Assembly: GCF_018350175.1 (NCBI RefSeq)
Contig: NC_058368.1
Coordinates: 238,888,001-238,952,000, forward strand
Direction: 5' to 3'
Origin: Felis catus
Taxonomy: Eukaryota
DNA: 64,000 nt
The position numbers and the translations under genes are program-made. Under the pieces are notes generated by a model. It was not told the origin of the DNA. It made no database searches and worked only from the letters and a program-made list of their open reading frames with translations. This document shows, one piece after another, positions 1 to 12,700 of this stretch. Position 1 is the first letter of the stretch. Each line of letters starts with the position of its first letter.

Positions 1-630
1 GACTGTCTGTGCGTCCTCTGTGAGCGGTGTTCCGAGGAACTTGTATTTCTTCATATTTTAAATGTTGCGTTTCTAAATGCTTTTTACTGTGCGTCTTTGC
101 TGTTACGCAGAAATGAAATGGCCTTTTGTGTGTTGACCACGTATCCAGAAACACCACTAGACTCACTTACTGGTTCTAATAATCGTCCTGGGATCCCTTT
201 GGGTTTGGTGTGTGCACAACCCTAGAAGCTGCAGATGATGAGTTTTTTTCCTTAACAATTTTTATATCTTCATTTCCTTTTCTTGTCTTTCTGTACTGAC
301 ATGGGGAATACAGTACTTGCCCCAACTTAAAAACAAACGCTTTCAGTATTTCAAGTGTGGCGGCTTTTTTCAGTTTTTTTGCAGGTGGCCCTTTTTCTCA
401 GATTAAAGAGTTTTCCTCTTTTTTCGATTTACTAAGAATTCGCATGATGCATAGATGCTGACTTCCGTCAGATGCTCTCCCTGCGTTTATGACGGTGGCT
501 TTAGTGTGACCCTCACATTTAGCCACATTCCCGGCCCCGCCCCAACTTGACTGCAAAATGTTGATCCTTTTTATCTCTGACGGGATTCCGTTGGTTAATG
601 TTTTGTTTAGGATTGTGAAGGACAGTTTTT
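1..630 (-). mobile_element. Ancient degenerate LINE-1 fragment
   Basis: T-rich sequence resembling antisense L1 ORF2 (e.g. 'tttactaagaatt...gatgctgacttccgtcagatgctctccctgcgt'); no ORF; family assigned by eye. Confidence 0.55.
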
Positions 631-1039
631 GTATCCATGGGCAGCTCCTCAGGTCTGCCTGCGGTGTGGAGTGACTCTGGCTCCCACCGAGGCCGGGACC
701 TGGCCGCCTCGCCCCTGCAGCAGGGCTGTGTAGGACCCGCCCCCCCCCCCCCCCCCCCCACTGGCCACTGCCCCAGCATGGGCTTTAAGCCTTTCCTAAA
801 GCAACAGGCTGTGTGAGCCGCCTCTTCCTGTGCCCAGTGCCTGCAACTTGAGGCCAGAGCAGGGATCCCAGCAGGCAGGTGTCATATGGCTGTCCTGTAC
901 TGGGAGCCTGTCCTCCAGGGGCCTTTGGAACCCGGCCCCGCCTGATCCTCTGGGCCCTCTGGGCCACGGCCCCCGGCTTCTCTCCTCCACGCACTGTTAT
1001 CTGTGGGGGACGCTCCTCCTCTGGTCTCTCTGGTCCCCT

Positions 1040-1430
1040 GAGTGCTCCGAGGTGGCTGTGACAAAAGCCACAAAACGGTGATTTAACACACAGAAGTTTA
1101 TCCTCTCTCAGTGCTGGGGCCAGAGGCTTGGGGCCGGGGGGCCGGGGGATCTTGCTCCCTCCGGAGGGTCTTGGGGAGGGTCCTTCCTGCCTCTTCCAGC
1201 TCCCGGGGTTCCAGGGCTGTGGCTCTGTCATCACGTGGCCTCCCCCATGTCTGTGTGTCTGCTTCCAAGAGCACTTGTCATTGCGTTCAGGGCCGCCAGG
1301 CAAATCAGACCTCGCCTTGGTATCTTCAGCTTGATGACGCCCGCAAAGACCCTTTCTCCAAACAAGGTCACATTCACAGTTCTGGGAGTTAGGATGTGGC
1401 CGTTCGTTTCTCGGGCCGCCTCTCAGCCCC
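1040..1430. mobile_element. MaLR (MLT1-type) solo LTR, degenerate
   Basis: Typical MLT1 segments 'ggctgtgacaaaagccaca...cagaagtttatcctctctcag' and 'ttctccaaacaaggtcacattcacagttctgggagttagga'. Confidence 0.6.
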
Positions 1431-2226
1431 CTCCACTTGCCCTCAGGCTGCCTGCAGGCGCTGACAGAGACCCCTGGCCGGGCACTTGTGGGGCCAGGCG
1501 CTGGGTGACTGAGCGGCTGGAAGTTTCCACCTGTGTCCTCATCCAACCCGTAGGGCGCCACCTGCCCGGGGACATCTGTCCGGGAGCCTCAAGTCTCCCT
1601 CCGGCTCAGCCCACCAAGACCGGAGTGTAAAGGGTGGGAAACGCGGCACACGCACACTCAGGGCTTCAGTGCTTCCCGTGTCCTGGCTGGGACTTGTGGG
1701 CAGAGCATCTTAGGACAGGTCTTAGAGAACCCGTGTCCCAGATGGTGAGCCACGGGCTAGTGTGGGCCCGGGCAGCCGTCTCGGAGACCCCAGAGGGCCC
1801 AGGTGGGCCGAGCCCCCTTCTCTGTCCCTGCTGGTGCCCGGGGGCCACCCTCCCACGCCACTCTGCTCTCCTTGGTTCTGAGGCCCTCTTTCGGGATTGG
1901 GGGTGTGCCGTGGTGCCCTTTGGGGCTGCCCCTTGGCCCCCACGGCCTTCATTTTCTGAGATCCACATGCAGACATGGTCCGCTTCACACTCCTGGTGAG
2001 CTGTGGCTTCGGATTCTCTATGAAACTCTCTGAGGGAAGCGGGTCCCTCCGAAATCCCTGGCTTCGTGGTGACAGGAGAATGTCCCGCTGTTAAGGGGCT
2101 GGGGAGAGCCACCCAGAGGTCCTCAAGGGGTAGGTGGGGTTTGAAGATGCCCTGCCTTCCTCAGTCTCCCTTACTGGAGAGGCTTCTGCCCCACAAGGTC
2201 ACCTTTTGGAGGGCACACAGCCTGTC

Positions 2227-2365
2227 CTGGCCCCCCTGTGCTGGCTGCCCAGCCCCCAGCCCCGTCCCTCCCGGCCTCCCAGCCCCGTCCCTCCCGGCCC
2301 CCCAGCCCCGTCCCTCCCGGCCCCCAAGCCCCGTCCAGCCTGGCCCCCCTGTGCTGGCTGCCCCT
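2227..2365. repeat. Short C-rich tandem repeat
   Basis: Repeated 'cagccccgtccctcccggc' units bracketed by two copies of 'cctggcccccctgtgctggctgccc'. Confidence 0.8.
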
Positions 2366-2782
2366 AAGCCTGACCCACCAGCTGGGCAGCAGCTCCCCAG
2401 GTCAGAGCTGGGGCTCCCAAGGCAACCTTGCTGCGGGACAGTGCAGGACAGGTCCATGGCCCCGGGATGTTCGGGGACACAGACAAGACACGAGCTTGGT
2501 GCTCTGCTCGTGTTTTTCCATTGGAGAGAACTCAGTTTGGTCTTCTGACTGGGAACACACGATGGCCTGGCCTCAGGGCCTGGACAGCCTGGCCCCAGGG
2601 GACCTGTCGGGGCCAGTGGCCTCAGGCTACGGGATCTGGGACCCGAGCCGTATCCTGCTCACACAGCCCAGGTCACGCCAGCTCTCTCACTGGGGCTGTG
2701 TCCTGTGGAGGGTGGGATTCCTGGCTGCCCCAGTGTTTCTCGGGAATGCGCAGCTCAGAAAGCCTGCTTTGTCCGCCCGGAA

Positions 2783-2871
2783 GGCTCTCACCGCTTGGAG
2801 CGGCCCTCAGCGGGGACGAGTGGCCCCGGGAGGCTCTCACCGCCTGGAGCGGCCCTCAGCGGGGACGAGTG
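2783..2871. repeat. Two-copy ~49 bp tandem duplication
   Basis: 'ggctctcaccgcYtggagcggccctcagcggggacgagtg' occurs twice in a row. Confidence 0.85.
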
Positions 2872-5004
2872 CCTTTGTTCCCCCAGGGGCAGCAGCCAGG
2901 GCGATGCACCTCTAGACCCTGATGCCGGGGCCTGAGCCTCCAGGTGGGCTCTGGGCCCTGGTAGAAGGTGGAGAGCAGGGAGGCAAGCCGCGTGAAGTGT
3001 TCTGGAAAGGGCCAGCCCGGGGGCCTCGGTGCCTCTGCCCCCCGCATCCCACAGGGTCTGCCTGGAAGCCTCAGAGGGGCAAGGGGCGTGTCTCTCGTTG
3101 TCGTTCTCTTCTGTCTGCGCCTTTTGTTCGCCGTCTCCGCGTCGTCGCTGAGAGTCTGGTGGCATCCGGTAAGGTGCCTCCCACGGCCTCCTCGTGGTTT
3201 CCTTGGCTCAGCCCCCATCCCCAGCTGCGCTCCTGGCCGCCCATGAGGTCTGAGCAGGATCCCGCTTTATGCTTGTGTGGCCAGGTCCCTCGAGGGTTCT
3301 GGCACAGAAATGGGGTCTCGGTCTGGACCCTGGGCCCCGGCGTCCCGTCGGTGGGCCCAGCGACCATCCCCGGGGCGTCAGCACCTAGAGCTTTCGTTGG
3401 CCTGGGCCCAGGTGTCAAGATCCGGGAGACGTGGGAGTGAACAGCAGGGACACTGAGCAGGGGCTCAGGGAGAGCCAGAGTGGCTTCCAGAAGCTTCCCT
3501 GTGATGCGCCCGCCCCCAGGAGCCCTATCCCCCTACAGGGCCTGTGGTGTCCCTCAGGGGCCCAGAGCCGGGTTCTCAATTCCACTTGCAACACAGTGTG
3601 TCCCCTGCAGACTCCACTGCACCCAGAGGGGCTGGCGCTGTGCCTTTAGCGGAAGAGGTTATGGCAAGAACCCTGAACAAGATCCTGCCTTTCGTGGGCG
3701 GGTGCTTCTGGGAGCCAAGGGGCTTGGCGGGGCGAGCAGCCCCCACACAGGCCCGCAGGCCTGTGTCCCTGCCCCTGCACGCAAATAGGGAATTCTCCAG
3801 GGAACGCTCTAGGTTCCAAGGCTTCGGGACACTCCAGCCCTGTTATTTTGCAAAGAATATCCGCCTCTTCTGGGTTTGTGGCTGCAGGGTGTCCCCGAGG
3901 AGGACACCGGTTCCCCCTGTTTTGGGGGCCTGGACTCACACCGCACCCCGGCAGCACGGGGAGGCCAGCTCAGGACACCGGGGTGCCAGGTGGGCAGGAC
4001 CTGGCTCCTTCAAGGACACCAACGTGGAGTTCCAGGAGTCAGGACAGAGCCTGGGAGTGTGCTGGGTCTTGGGGTCACACTGGTGGGCTCTCCCCCCTCT
4101 CAGAGCGGGGGCCCAGGGGCAGGTGGGCGGGAGGAGGGGCTGGCGTTTCTCAGACAGGGTCTCTGGGAGGCTGCTCACCTCCAGGCCAGAGGTTCCCGGG
4201 GAGATGGGGCCAGAGGAGGGGCTCATGCAGCCCCCAGGAAGAGTGACAGAAGCCAGCAGCATGTGGAGGACTGGGGGACAGGGGTCTGGGTGAGCTCTGG
4301 CTTCCCTGCGGCCTGTCCAGATTCCCAGACACAGGCGTCCTGCCGGCCCCCACCTTACCCCACTCTGCACGCCATCCCTGGTCTCTGATTCAAGTGTAAG
4401 TGCAGCTCTTCCACAGAGCCTGCTCACAGACACCTGCTCCTGCTCGCAGACACACCTGCTTCTGTTGCAGGAACATCACTAACAGGGAATTCCTGGCCAG
4501 GAATTCTGTGTGCTGATGTCTGTGTGGCAGCTGACAGTGGTCTGTCGGGGTCTGTCCCGTGTCACCTTTTCTGTAAGTTTCGCTTTAGGCAGTCGAGGCT
4601 TAAGGAGGTTGCCAGGCAGAGTCCTTCTGAATTGGGGCCCGACTCATTTTGGAAATAGGGGCCTTGGCCTGGTGCCTCTCTGGGGCCTCGATGGCTCCCG
4701 GGGGGTGGGGGCCGAGGAGACCACAGGGCGTCTGAGAGACAGCCTTTCCCGGTGGCGGGATGATCCCTGTCTGGCACACACTGGGGCTCAGGCCCATCCG
4801 GGTCTGTGTGGGGCCTGCTGGCAGGGGCTGCCCTCTGGCCCCTCCCCCCCTCTGGTCCCTATTTCACCTTGGCAGGGCCTCTCGAGGCCCTTCTTTGAAA
4901 ATGCAAATCCAGTAACACAGTCTCCCCACACCCAGTGTGGGTGTTTATCAGCTCCCTGCTCCTGACCCTTCTGGCCCAGGGGGATGGCTCACGTGAGACC
5001 TGGG

Positions 5005-5510
5005 TGCTTCCTCGCCCTCCTCACTTCCTCCCCACCCCCCTGCACTCACTTCCTCCCCCTCCTCACTTCCTCCCCACCCCCCTGTGCTCACTTCCTCCCC
5101 ACCCCCCTGCGCTTGCTTCCTCCCCCTGCTCACTTCCTCCCCACCCCCCTGCACTCACTTCCTCCCCACCCCCCTGCGCTTGCTTCCTCCCCCTGCTCAC
5201 TTCCTCCCCACCCCCCTGCACTCACTTCCTCCCCTCCTCACTTCCTCCTCACCCCCCTGCACTCACTTCCTCCCCCTCCTCACTTCCTCCTCACCCCCCT
5301 GCACTCACTTCCTCCCCCTCCTCACTTCCTCCCCACCCCCCCGCGCTTGCTTCCTCCCCCTGCTCACTTCCTCCCCACCCCCCTGCACTCACTTCCTCCC
5401 CCTCCTCACTTCCTCCCCACCCCCCTGCACTCACTTCCTCCCCCTCCTCACTTCCTCCTCACCCCCCTGCGCTCACTTCCTCCCCCTCCTCACTTCGCCC
5501 CCTCCCCACC
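5005..5510. repeat. Pyrimidine-rich minisatellite upstream of the first TPPP coding exon
   Basis: Alternating 'cacttcctccccacccccctgcact' and 'cacttcctccccctcct' units with 'gcgcttgcttcc' variants. Confidence 0.95.
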
Positions 5511-7122
5511 CTGATTCTTACACATCCCCAAACAGTCTGGGTTTTTTTCAGGAAAGCAGGTGAGGGCAAGGAGAGAGACTCAAGGGTTTCACAGAGAGTG
5601 GGGGGTCGTGGGCGTGTAGGGAACTCTTGGGGCGGTCCTGAGCTGGGGGAAGTCCTCACATGGAGGGAGTGGGCAGGGCATTCGGACCGCCGGGTCTCTG
5701 GCCAGCCAGAGCGATCCCTGGGCATCCCTGGTCGTACCTGGTCACACGTGAGGGGCCTCCACCCCCACTGTGTGCTGATTTGTGCCCTGCAAGGTAAGGG
5801 CTCTCCTCGGGTGACCAGGAGACCCGTGCCCGCAGGTCCGGGCTGCCATCGTCGGCACAGACAGGCCTCTCTCGACAGCTCCGTATTCCAGGAAGCCTCT
5901 GCTGGAGCTCTGGGGCTTTTACAAACTAATCGTGTCATTATCTCGTCATACAGCACATGGACTTATCAAAGGATAGGAAAGGACACGCAGAACGCCTGTG
6001 ACTCCTCCTCCCTCCGCCCTAAGAAGCTCCTTTTTCAGACAGAGAAATGGGGTCAGCGATAACACCGGAAGTAACTGGGTGTCACCCGGCCTCTGCTGTG
6101 GGTCCCTCTGAGGGCGGGCACTGCCAAGGCAGGCGCCGGGTTCCCGTCCCTGGGTGGGCCTGCGGGAGCCTAGAGGGTCTGCTCCCTGTGCATCCACAGG
6201 GCGCCGCCTGGAGGAGAGGGCACGGGTGGCCTCGAGAGCCGTCGGTCCAGACCTGCACCGGCTTTGCTGACCGGGTGGGCATGGGGGACCCCGGCCTCAG
6301 GTGCCCGTCCTGGCTTCCTCTGGGCCAGCCAGGGCCCCCAGCCCGGACTGGGAGGGGACGCTCACTGAACTGAGGACTCACCACATGCTTGCCGCTCAGG
6401 ACTCTGCGTGTGCCCTGGGGCCACTCTGCTCTTGCCCAGCCCCCTGGGGCCCGGACGGCCACCCACTGCTCCCCTGGGAAGCGACTTCTGGGGGCTCGGT
6501 CACACACCTCGGTGGGGCTTGGACACCTCAGGCTCCTGTCTGGGCCACTGGCCGTGACACAGGGAGGGGGCCCCACAGGGACCCACCGGCCTTGGGGATC
6601 AGGTGCCCCACGAAGGCGAGACCCGTGGATAGGGCAGGGCAGCCTCCGCTGGGCTCCTGATGAGGGGCCCCACATGTGGTCCCCACCCTGGGGCCACGTC
6701 CGCCACACTCCCGCTCCCGCCATGTGCCCGCACTAGGTCCGCAGCCCACGGTTCTGGGTCTCCCTCCCCATCACTGGCAGGTCCCTTGGGAGGATATCAT
6801 TCTGGAGAGTCAAGCAGATGTGGCCCAGGGAGGAGACAGTGACACAGTGGCCAGTAGGGGAGTGACAGGAGGGGCGCCGAGCCCACAGGAGGCCGGATCG
6901 GGCGCTTCCCCGTGGACTCTGTTTGGGGACAGCCCTCATCCAACCACCGGGCGCCTGGCGGGGGCCGGCGCTGGGAGGGGCAGAGTGCCTGGCAGTAGCT
7001 TGATGCCCGAGGGACCTGCCCCATCCTGGGTGCCCGCTGTGACACGGGCGGCCAGCCTCCTGCCCTACGCATGGCTCTGTAGAAGCGTGGTGACCCCTTC
7101 CTCCCCTTCCTCTTCCAGCAAC

Positions 7123-7439
7123 ATGGCTGACAGCAAGGCCAAGGCCGCCAAGGCCGCCAACAAGACACCCCCCAAGTCCCCAGGGGACTCCGCAAAGGAC
7201 AGAGCGGCCAAGAGGCTGTCACTGGAGACAGAAGGTGCCGGCGAAGGGGCGGCCGCTGCGGCCCCAGAGCTCAGCGCCCTGGAGGAGGCTTTCCGGCGCT
7301 TTGCCGTGCACGGGGACACCAGGGCCACCGGGCGGGAGATGCACGGCAAGAACTGGTCGAAGCTGTGCAAGGATTGCCAGGTCATCGATGGGAAGAATGT
7401 GACCGTCACTGACGTGGACATCGTCTTCAGCAAAATCAA
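7123..7439 (+). CDS. TPPP: TPPP first coding exon (MADSKAK...IVFSKIK)
   Basis: Acceptor tcttccAG ends at 7118; ATG at 7123; encodes [37 protein letters not shown] of the p25alpha domain; donor AA|gtaagt at 7440, phase 2. Confidence 0.98.
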
Positions 7440-8424
7440 GTAAGTGCCCCCCAGGCCTCGCACTCAGGACTCCCGGTGGGCGTTGTGTTCAGCTGGCAGT
7501 GAGGGGGTGGGATGTGCCAGTGCCCCTGACCCGTCCCTTCTCCGGATACGATGCCCAGGATTTGGCCGGGGCTGGCGGGGGTCCCTGGAGCTGGCGGCAG
7601 AGCTGAGAAGCCTGCCCCTCGGGCGTCACAGGTGCCTCGCACCCTCGAGCCTGGGGAGGTGTTCGCACCCGAACTCTGATGCAGCGTCATCGCCGCGGAC
7701 TCGGTGGCCGTGAGCAGTGAGCCTGTGTGCTTCCCGCACGCGTGCGCGTGTCCTTCCTCCTGGATGCCGGAGAGAGCGTCCGGCGTGGTTACGTGCCTTC
7801 CCCGTCCCTCTGGGCGCTTCTGCGGCCTGAGGACACCCTCCCCCGCCTCCCGCCCTCCAAACCTGAGGACCCACCCGAGAAATGTCACAGCGCGCCCAAG
7901 GCTGCCTGGCGTCTAGCGATCTCGGTGTAGGTCACACTTGTGGGAAAATAGCTTATTTCTGACACGTGTCCATCTCAGTTACTGTGATGCCTTAGCTGCA
8001 CGTCCCCGTGACCTGGGCACGTTTCCTGGGACGGCCCTGTGCCCTCCCTGTACATTCAGCGGTGGATGGTTTCCTCCCTGTGTGTCCCCAGCGGCTGTGA
8101 CTCCGTGTCACCAGACACGGTGTGTCTATCCAGGGAGGTCTGCCCGCTTTCCTGGGCAAACACTGGTGCCTGTCCTCACAGTGACCACCAACCAAGGGGG
8201 CAGCCTTCTCCTCCAGAGCTGGGAGGCTGCAGGAGGGTAGAGCTGCCCCACGAGAAAACCAACCCTTAGGACCCAGATCACTCACCAGGTGGAGGGGACT
8301 TGGTGCCAGAGGAGGAACCAGTCAGAATTCAGGGTCCGGGCAGAGGCCCCAAGGAGACCACAGCTGAGGGAAAGGGATTCTAGTGAGCACTCCACTCCCA
8401 AGGCCCAGGGTCAGAGGGGAAGGG

Positions 8425-9795
8425 ACAGGGCTGGGGTGCAGGGGGAGGAGGAGGTAAAGGTGGGGTGCAGGGGGAGGAGGAGGAGGGGAAGGTGGGGTGC
8501 AGGGGGAGGAGGGGAAGGCGGGGTGCAGGGGGAGGAGGAGGAGGGGGAGGCGGGGTGCAGGGGGAGGAGGAGGAGGGGAAGGCGGGGTGCAGGGGGAGGA
8601 GGAGGAGGGAAAGGCGTGGTGCAGGGGGAGGAGGAGAAGGTGAAAGTGGGGTGCAGGGAGAGGAGAAGGAGTAGGCAGGGTGCAGGGGGAGGAGGAGGAG
8701 GGGAAGGCAGGGTGCAGGGGGAGGAGGAGGAGGGAAAGGCGGGGTGCAGGGGGTGGAGCAGGAGGGGAAGGCGGGGTGCAGGGGGAGGAGGAGGAGGGGA
8801 AGGCGGGGTGCCGGGGGAGGAGGAGGAGGGGAAGGCGGGGTGCAGGGGGAGGAGGAGGAGGGGAAGGCGTGGTGCAGGGGGAGGAGGAGAAGGTGAAAGT
8901 GGGGTGCAGGGGGAGGAGAAGGAGTAGGCAGGGTGCAGGGGGAGGAGGTGTAGGGGAAGGCGGGGTGCAGGGGGAGGAGGAGGAGGGGATGGCGGGGTGC
9001 AAGGGGAGGAGGAGGAGGGGATGGCGGGGTGCAGGGGGAGGAGGAGGAGGGGAAGGCAGGGTGCAGGGGGAGGAGGAGGAGGGGATGGCGGGGTGCAGGG
9101 GGAGGAGGAGGAGGGGAAGGCGGGGTGCAGAGGGAGGAGGAGGGGAAGGCGGGGTGCATGGGGAGGAGGAGGAGGGGATGGCGGGGTGCAGGGGGAGGAG
9201 GAGGAGGGGAAGGCGGGGTGCCGGGGGAGGAGCAGGAGGGGAAGGCGGGGTGCAGGGGGAGGAGGAGGAGGGGAAGGCGGGGTGCCGGGGGAGGAGGAGG
9301 AGGGGAAGGCGGGGTGCAGGGGGAGGAGGAGGAGGGGAAGGCGTGGTGCAGGGGGAGGAGGAGAAGGTGAAAGTGGGGTGCAGGGGGAGGAGAAGGAGTA
9401 GGCAGGGTGCAGGGGGAGGAGGTGTAGGGGAAGGCGGGGTGCAGGGGGAGGAGGAGGAGGGGATGGCGGGGTGCAGGGGGGAGGAGGAGGGGGATGGCGG
9501 GGTGCAGGGGGAGGAGGAGGAGGGGAAGGCAGGGTGCAGGGGGAGGAGGAGGAGGGGATGGCGGGGTGCAGGGGGAGGAGGAGGAGGGGAAGGCGGGTTG
9601 CAGAGGGAGGAGGAGGGGAAGGCGGGGTGCATGGGGAGGAGGAGGAGGGGATGGCGGGGTGCAGGGGGAGTAGGAGGAGGGGATGACGGGGTGCAGGGGG
9701 AGGAGGAGGAGGTGGGAAAGGCGTGGTGCAGGGGGAGGAGGAGGGGAAGGCGGGGTGCAGGGGGAGGAGGAGGGGAAGGTGGGGTGCAGGGCGGG
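8425..9795. repeat. G-rich ~32 bp minisatellite (~43 units) in a TPPP intron
   Basis: Unit ggggtgcagggggaggaggaggaggggaaggc with recurring variants. Confidence 0.97.
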
Positions 9796-12700
9796 AGGTG
9801 CTCTGTGGTTGGTTTGGGGTCCCAGGTAGACATTCCATCCCCAGGGCCAGGTGACGCCCTGGGAGCCCCGGAGATGTTCTGCCGACAGTGTGGACCAGAA
9901 CCCCCAGAGGCCCGGTGTCCCCGCCCCTCCGCCCGCTGACCTGCACAGTGTCTGTTGGGCAGGGCCCCGGGCGGAGGGCAGGTGCGCACTCCAGACCTCC
10001 TGGGTCCCTCATCGGCTCCCTGGTCTGTAGAGCCCTGGTGCCTGAGGGCCCTGGTCCCCGAACCTGGACCGCTGTCCAGCAGATGGACCGCTCCTCTGAC
10101 TGGGTGTCCACACGGCATCGTCTGGGCCCAAACGTCCATTCTGTCGCCTGTGCCCACCCCCCCCCCCCGGCCCCGCACCTCCTACCTGTGGAGGCTGAGG
10201 AGATAGCCCGGTGGAGGAGCCGGTGTGGACAAATGAGCCCCCCACCTCTGCCCCCGCTCACCTCCGTTGCTCTGATCTGTGCCCCCCTCTGCCCCCACCC
10301 TGTCTGCCCACCCTCTCTGTGCCTGGCTGGGCGCTCTGGTCCCATCCTCCTCCACGCGTCTTGGACTTCAGTGTCCATGTGGGGTTCGGCTGCGTGGGAC
10401 CTCCCCTCTGGGGTGTGCTGGGTCTTCTGGTCACTTTGTCACACTGACCTCGGCCTGAGCCTCGGGGCTGACCCCTGCCCATCGCCTCCCTGCTCACAGA
10501 CCTGCTGGACCCTGACTTGTGCCGTCCCACCTCCTCACAGAGGCCCAGCCCACCTGAACCCCCACGCACCTGGGGCGCGGGTTCCTGACCTCTCTTGCTG
10601 TGTCCTTGGGGCATCTTCTAGTCCCTCCTCGGCTACAAGCTGCCCCCTGGAGATGAAAAGCTGTGCGCTCCTCAGCTGGGTCTGCCTGATCCCCAGGGTC
10701 ACCCCCACAGAGCAGGGGCCAGACTCTGGGAGCCTCTGGGAAGTGTGGCCTCAGGGTCAAGGACATTCCCAAGAGGGGCAGGGGCGGGCCACCTCGGCCC
10801 AGAAGGTGCTAAAGTGTTCCTACTTGGCGTCCACCGGGGAGGGGGCCGGGGAGGGGCCGCGTCTTGGTTCTTTCCCCCGTGTCTCCGGGTTGGGGGCTTC
10901 AGGACCTTTGGGGACCAGGGAGCCACACGGAGCCTGCCTCTACCCACTGCCCAGGATGGCAGTCTGGCAGCTGGCAGGGACCAGCCCTCTGTGTCCCCAC
11001 CTGGGGGTCTGCACGTTTGCCGTCCCTGTGGCCCCGGGGTTGTGACCAAGGGGACTGATACCTGACTCTGGAGATGCTATCATCACCAGGGACCGGGTTC
11101 CAGCCCGAGGTGCTGTGTCCTCTGCCGAGGGGGTGGGGGGGGGGTGGGGGGGGCTGCTGGCCTGCTCTCCTTGCTAAGAAACACGAGCCAGATCTGTGGT
11201 GTGGTTCCCGTGGACGGTTGCCATGGCCAGCCGGTCTCGGGCATGTGGTGCCGCTGTTGGCCGACCCCCAGGGCCAGACGGGAGCCCGCGGCTGCCTCTG
11301 AAGGTGTCTCTAGCACTCGTTCAGCGGTTCAGCGGTGCAGCCGTGCTCCGGCACCCCAAGCGGGAGGGACAGGAGGGCAGCCGTGTTTACCGTGTGCTCA
11401 CACTGCTGGGGTGGGGGCAGCAGGAGCCCCAGGGGGCCCACGTGTCCTGAGCTGGGGGGCAGGAACCCCGATGAGGCCCAGCATGGCCCCCATTTCTCCC
11501 CTGGGCGTGTCTTCAGGCCTTCAGCACTGACCTTGGGAAACCACACGCATCCAGGAGACATGGGCAGGCCCGGGAGCAGAGGAACCTCAGAGCCGTGTCC
11601 CTCGGGGAGGCTTTCAACAGGGTGAGGAAGGCACAGCCGGTAACACGCCAGGGGTCCCACACCCTCGGCGCCGGCCCAGACGTCGAACTGTCGGGACGGG
11701 TGATGGCAGCCCTTCCTTCCGTCACCTTTCATTCCTGTCACAGAAAGTTGCCTCCACGCTACTGCGCACAGGCATTTGCACATGTATGCACACACGCACT
11801 CACAGCCCACACTCGTGTGCACAGAAGCACATACACGCACACGGCTCCCAGGACACATGTGTGCACATACGCAGGCATGTGTGCTCACAGGTAGAACTCA
11901 GGCTCTCCACACCCCCGGGGGTGGGGAGGTGGCTCACTCCGAGGATGGGTGCCCTCCTGCGTGCAGGAGGCGTGGGCAGCCCGCCACCCAGGGAGTGGGA
12001 CGCGGGCCCTGGTGTGAGCACCCGCAAGGGAACCCCATCTGGTTGCAGTCCCCGTCCCAGGAGGCAGGGCGTCAGCCGCTCAGAAGCTTGGGGCCAAGGC
12101 TCGGCCCCCGGCCCCTGGGCACAGAGGGCTCCACATTGCAGAGCCCAGGGCTCCTTGGGACCCCTGGCGTCTCTGCCCCGGCTCGCATCGGCGGGGGGGG
12201 GGGGGTAGTCGTCTGATGGGTGGGCAGTGGGGGGCCCCAGCCCAGCAAGGGGTTGTGGTCACAACGCAGTCACACGGGCCTGTGATGGCCACTGGGGCCC
12301 CTACAAGGGGGCAGGTGCGGGCAGGGCCCGTGCCCGGGTAGGCTTGCTGGTCACCTTGGAAGGGTGTGGCAGGGGCATCGTGCCTTGTCCCGGAAGGGGA
12401 GGTGGATGGTGTCCCGGGCGGGGTCGTGGGGTCCCAAGGGAAGGCTGCAGGGTTAGAGGACGCTGGGAGGTCCCGAGGAGACCGTCTGGATCTGCTTTTA
12501 TTTGGCCTTGTGACGAGGGTGGTCTTGGGCGGGACGTGCACGTCCTGATCGATGGGGTCTGGGGTCACACTTGTTCCAAGTGGCAGCCGTGGCAGAAGCG
12601 TCCTCGCCTCGTGGGAGCCACGGATGCGGAGCCACAGCCGCTGACTGGTGGAGGAGATCCCGCTCTGTTTGCAGGCGGTTGCCATGGCTCTGCGGGCGGT

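Noticed and set aside
4935..6062. 375 aa extensin-like ORF
   Set aside because: Produced by the pyrimidine VNTR
6676..7122. 149-codon in-frame extension upstream of the TPPP ATG
   Set aside because: It starts at GTG and runs through a clear polypyrimidine tract and acceptor at 7118; stop-free stretches are common at this GC content
8322..10378. Long 419-655 aa Pro-rich or Gly/Glu/Arg-rich ORFs
   Set aside because: Translations of the stop-free minisatellite, open in several frames on both strands
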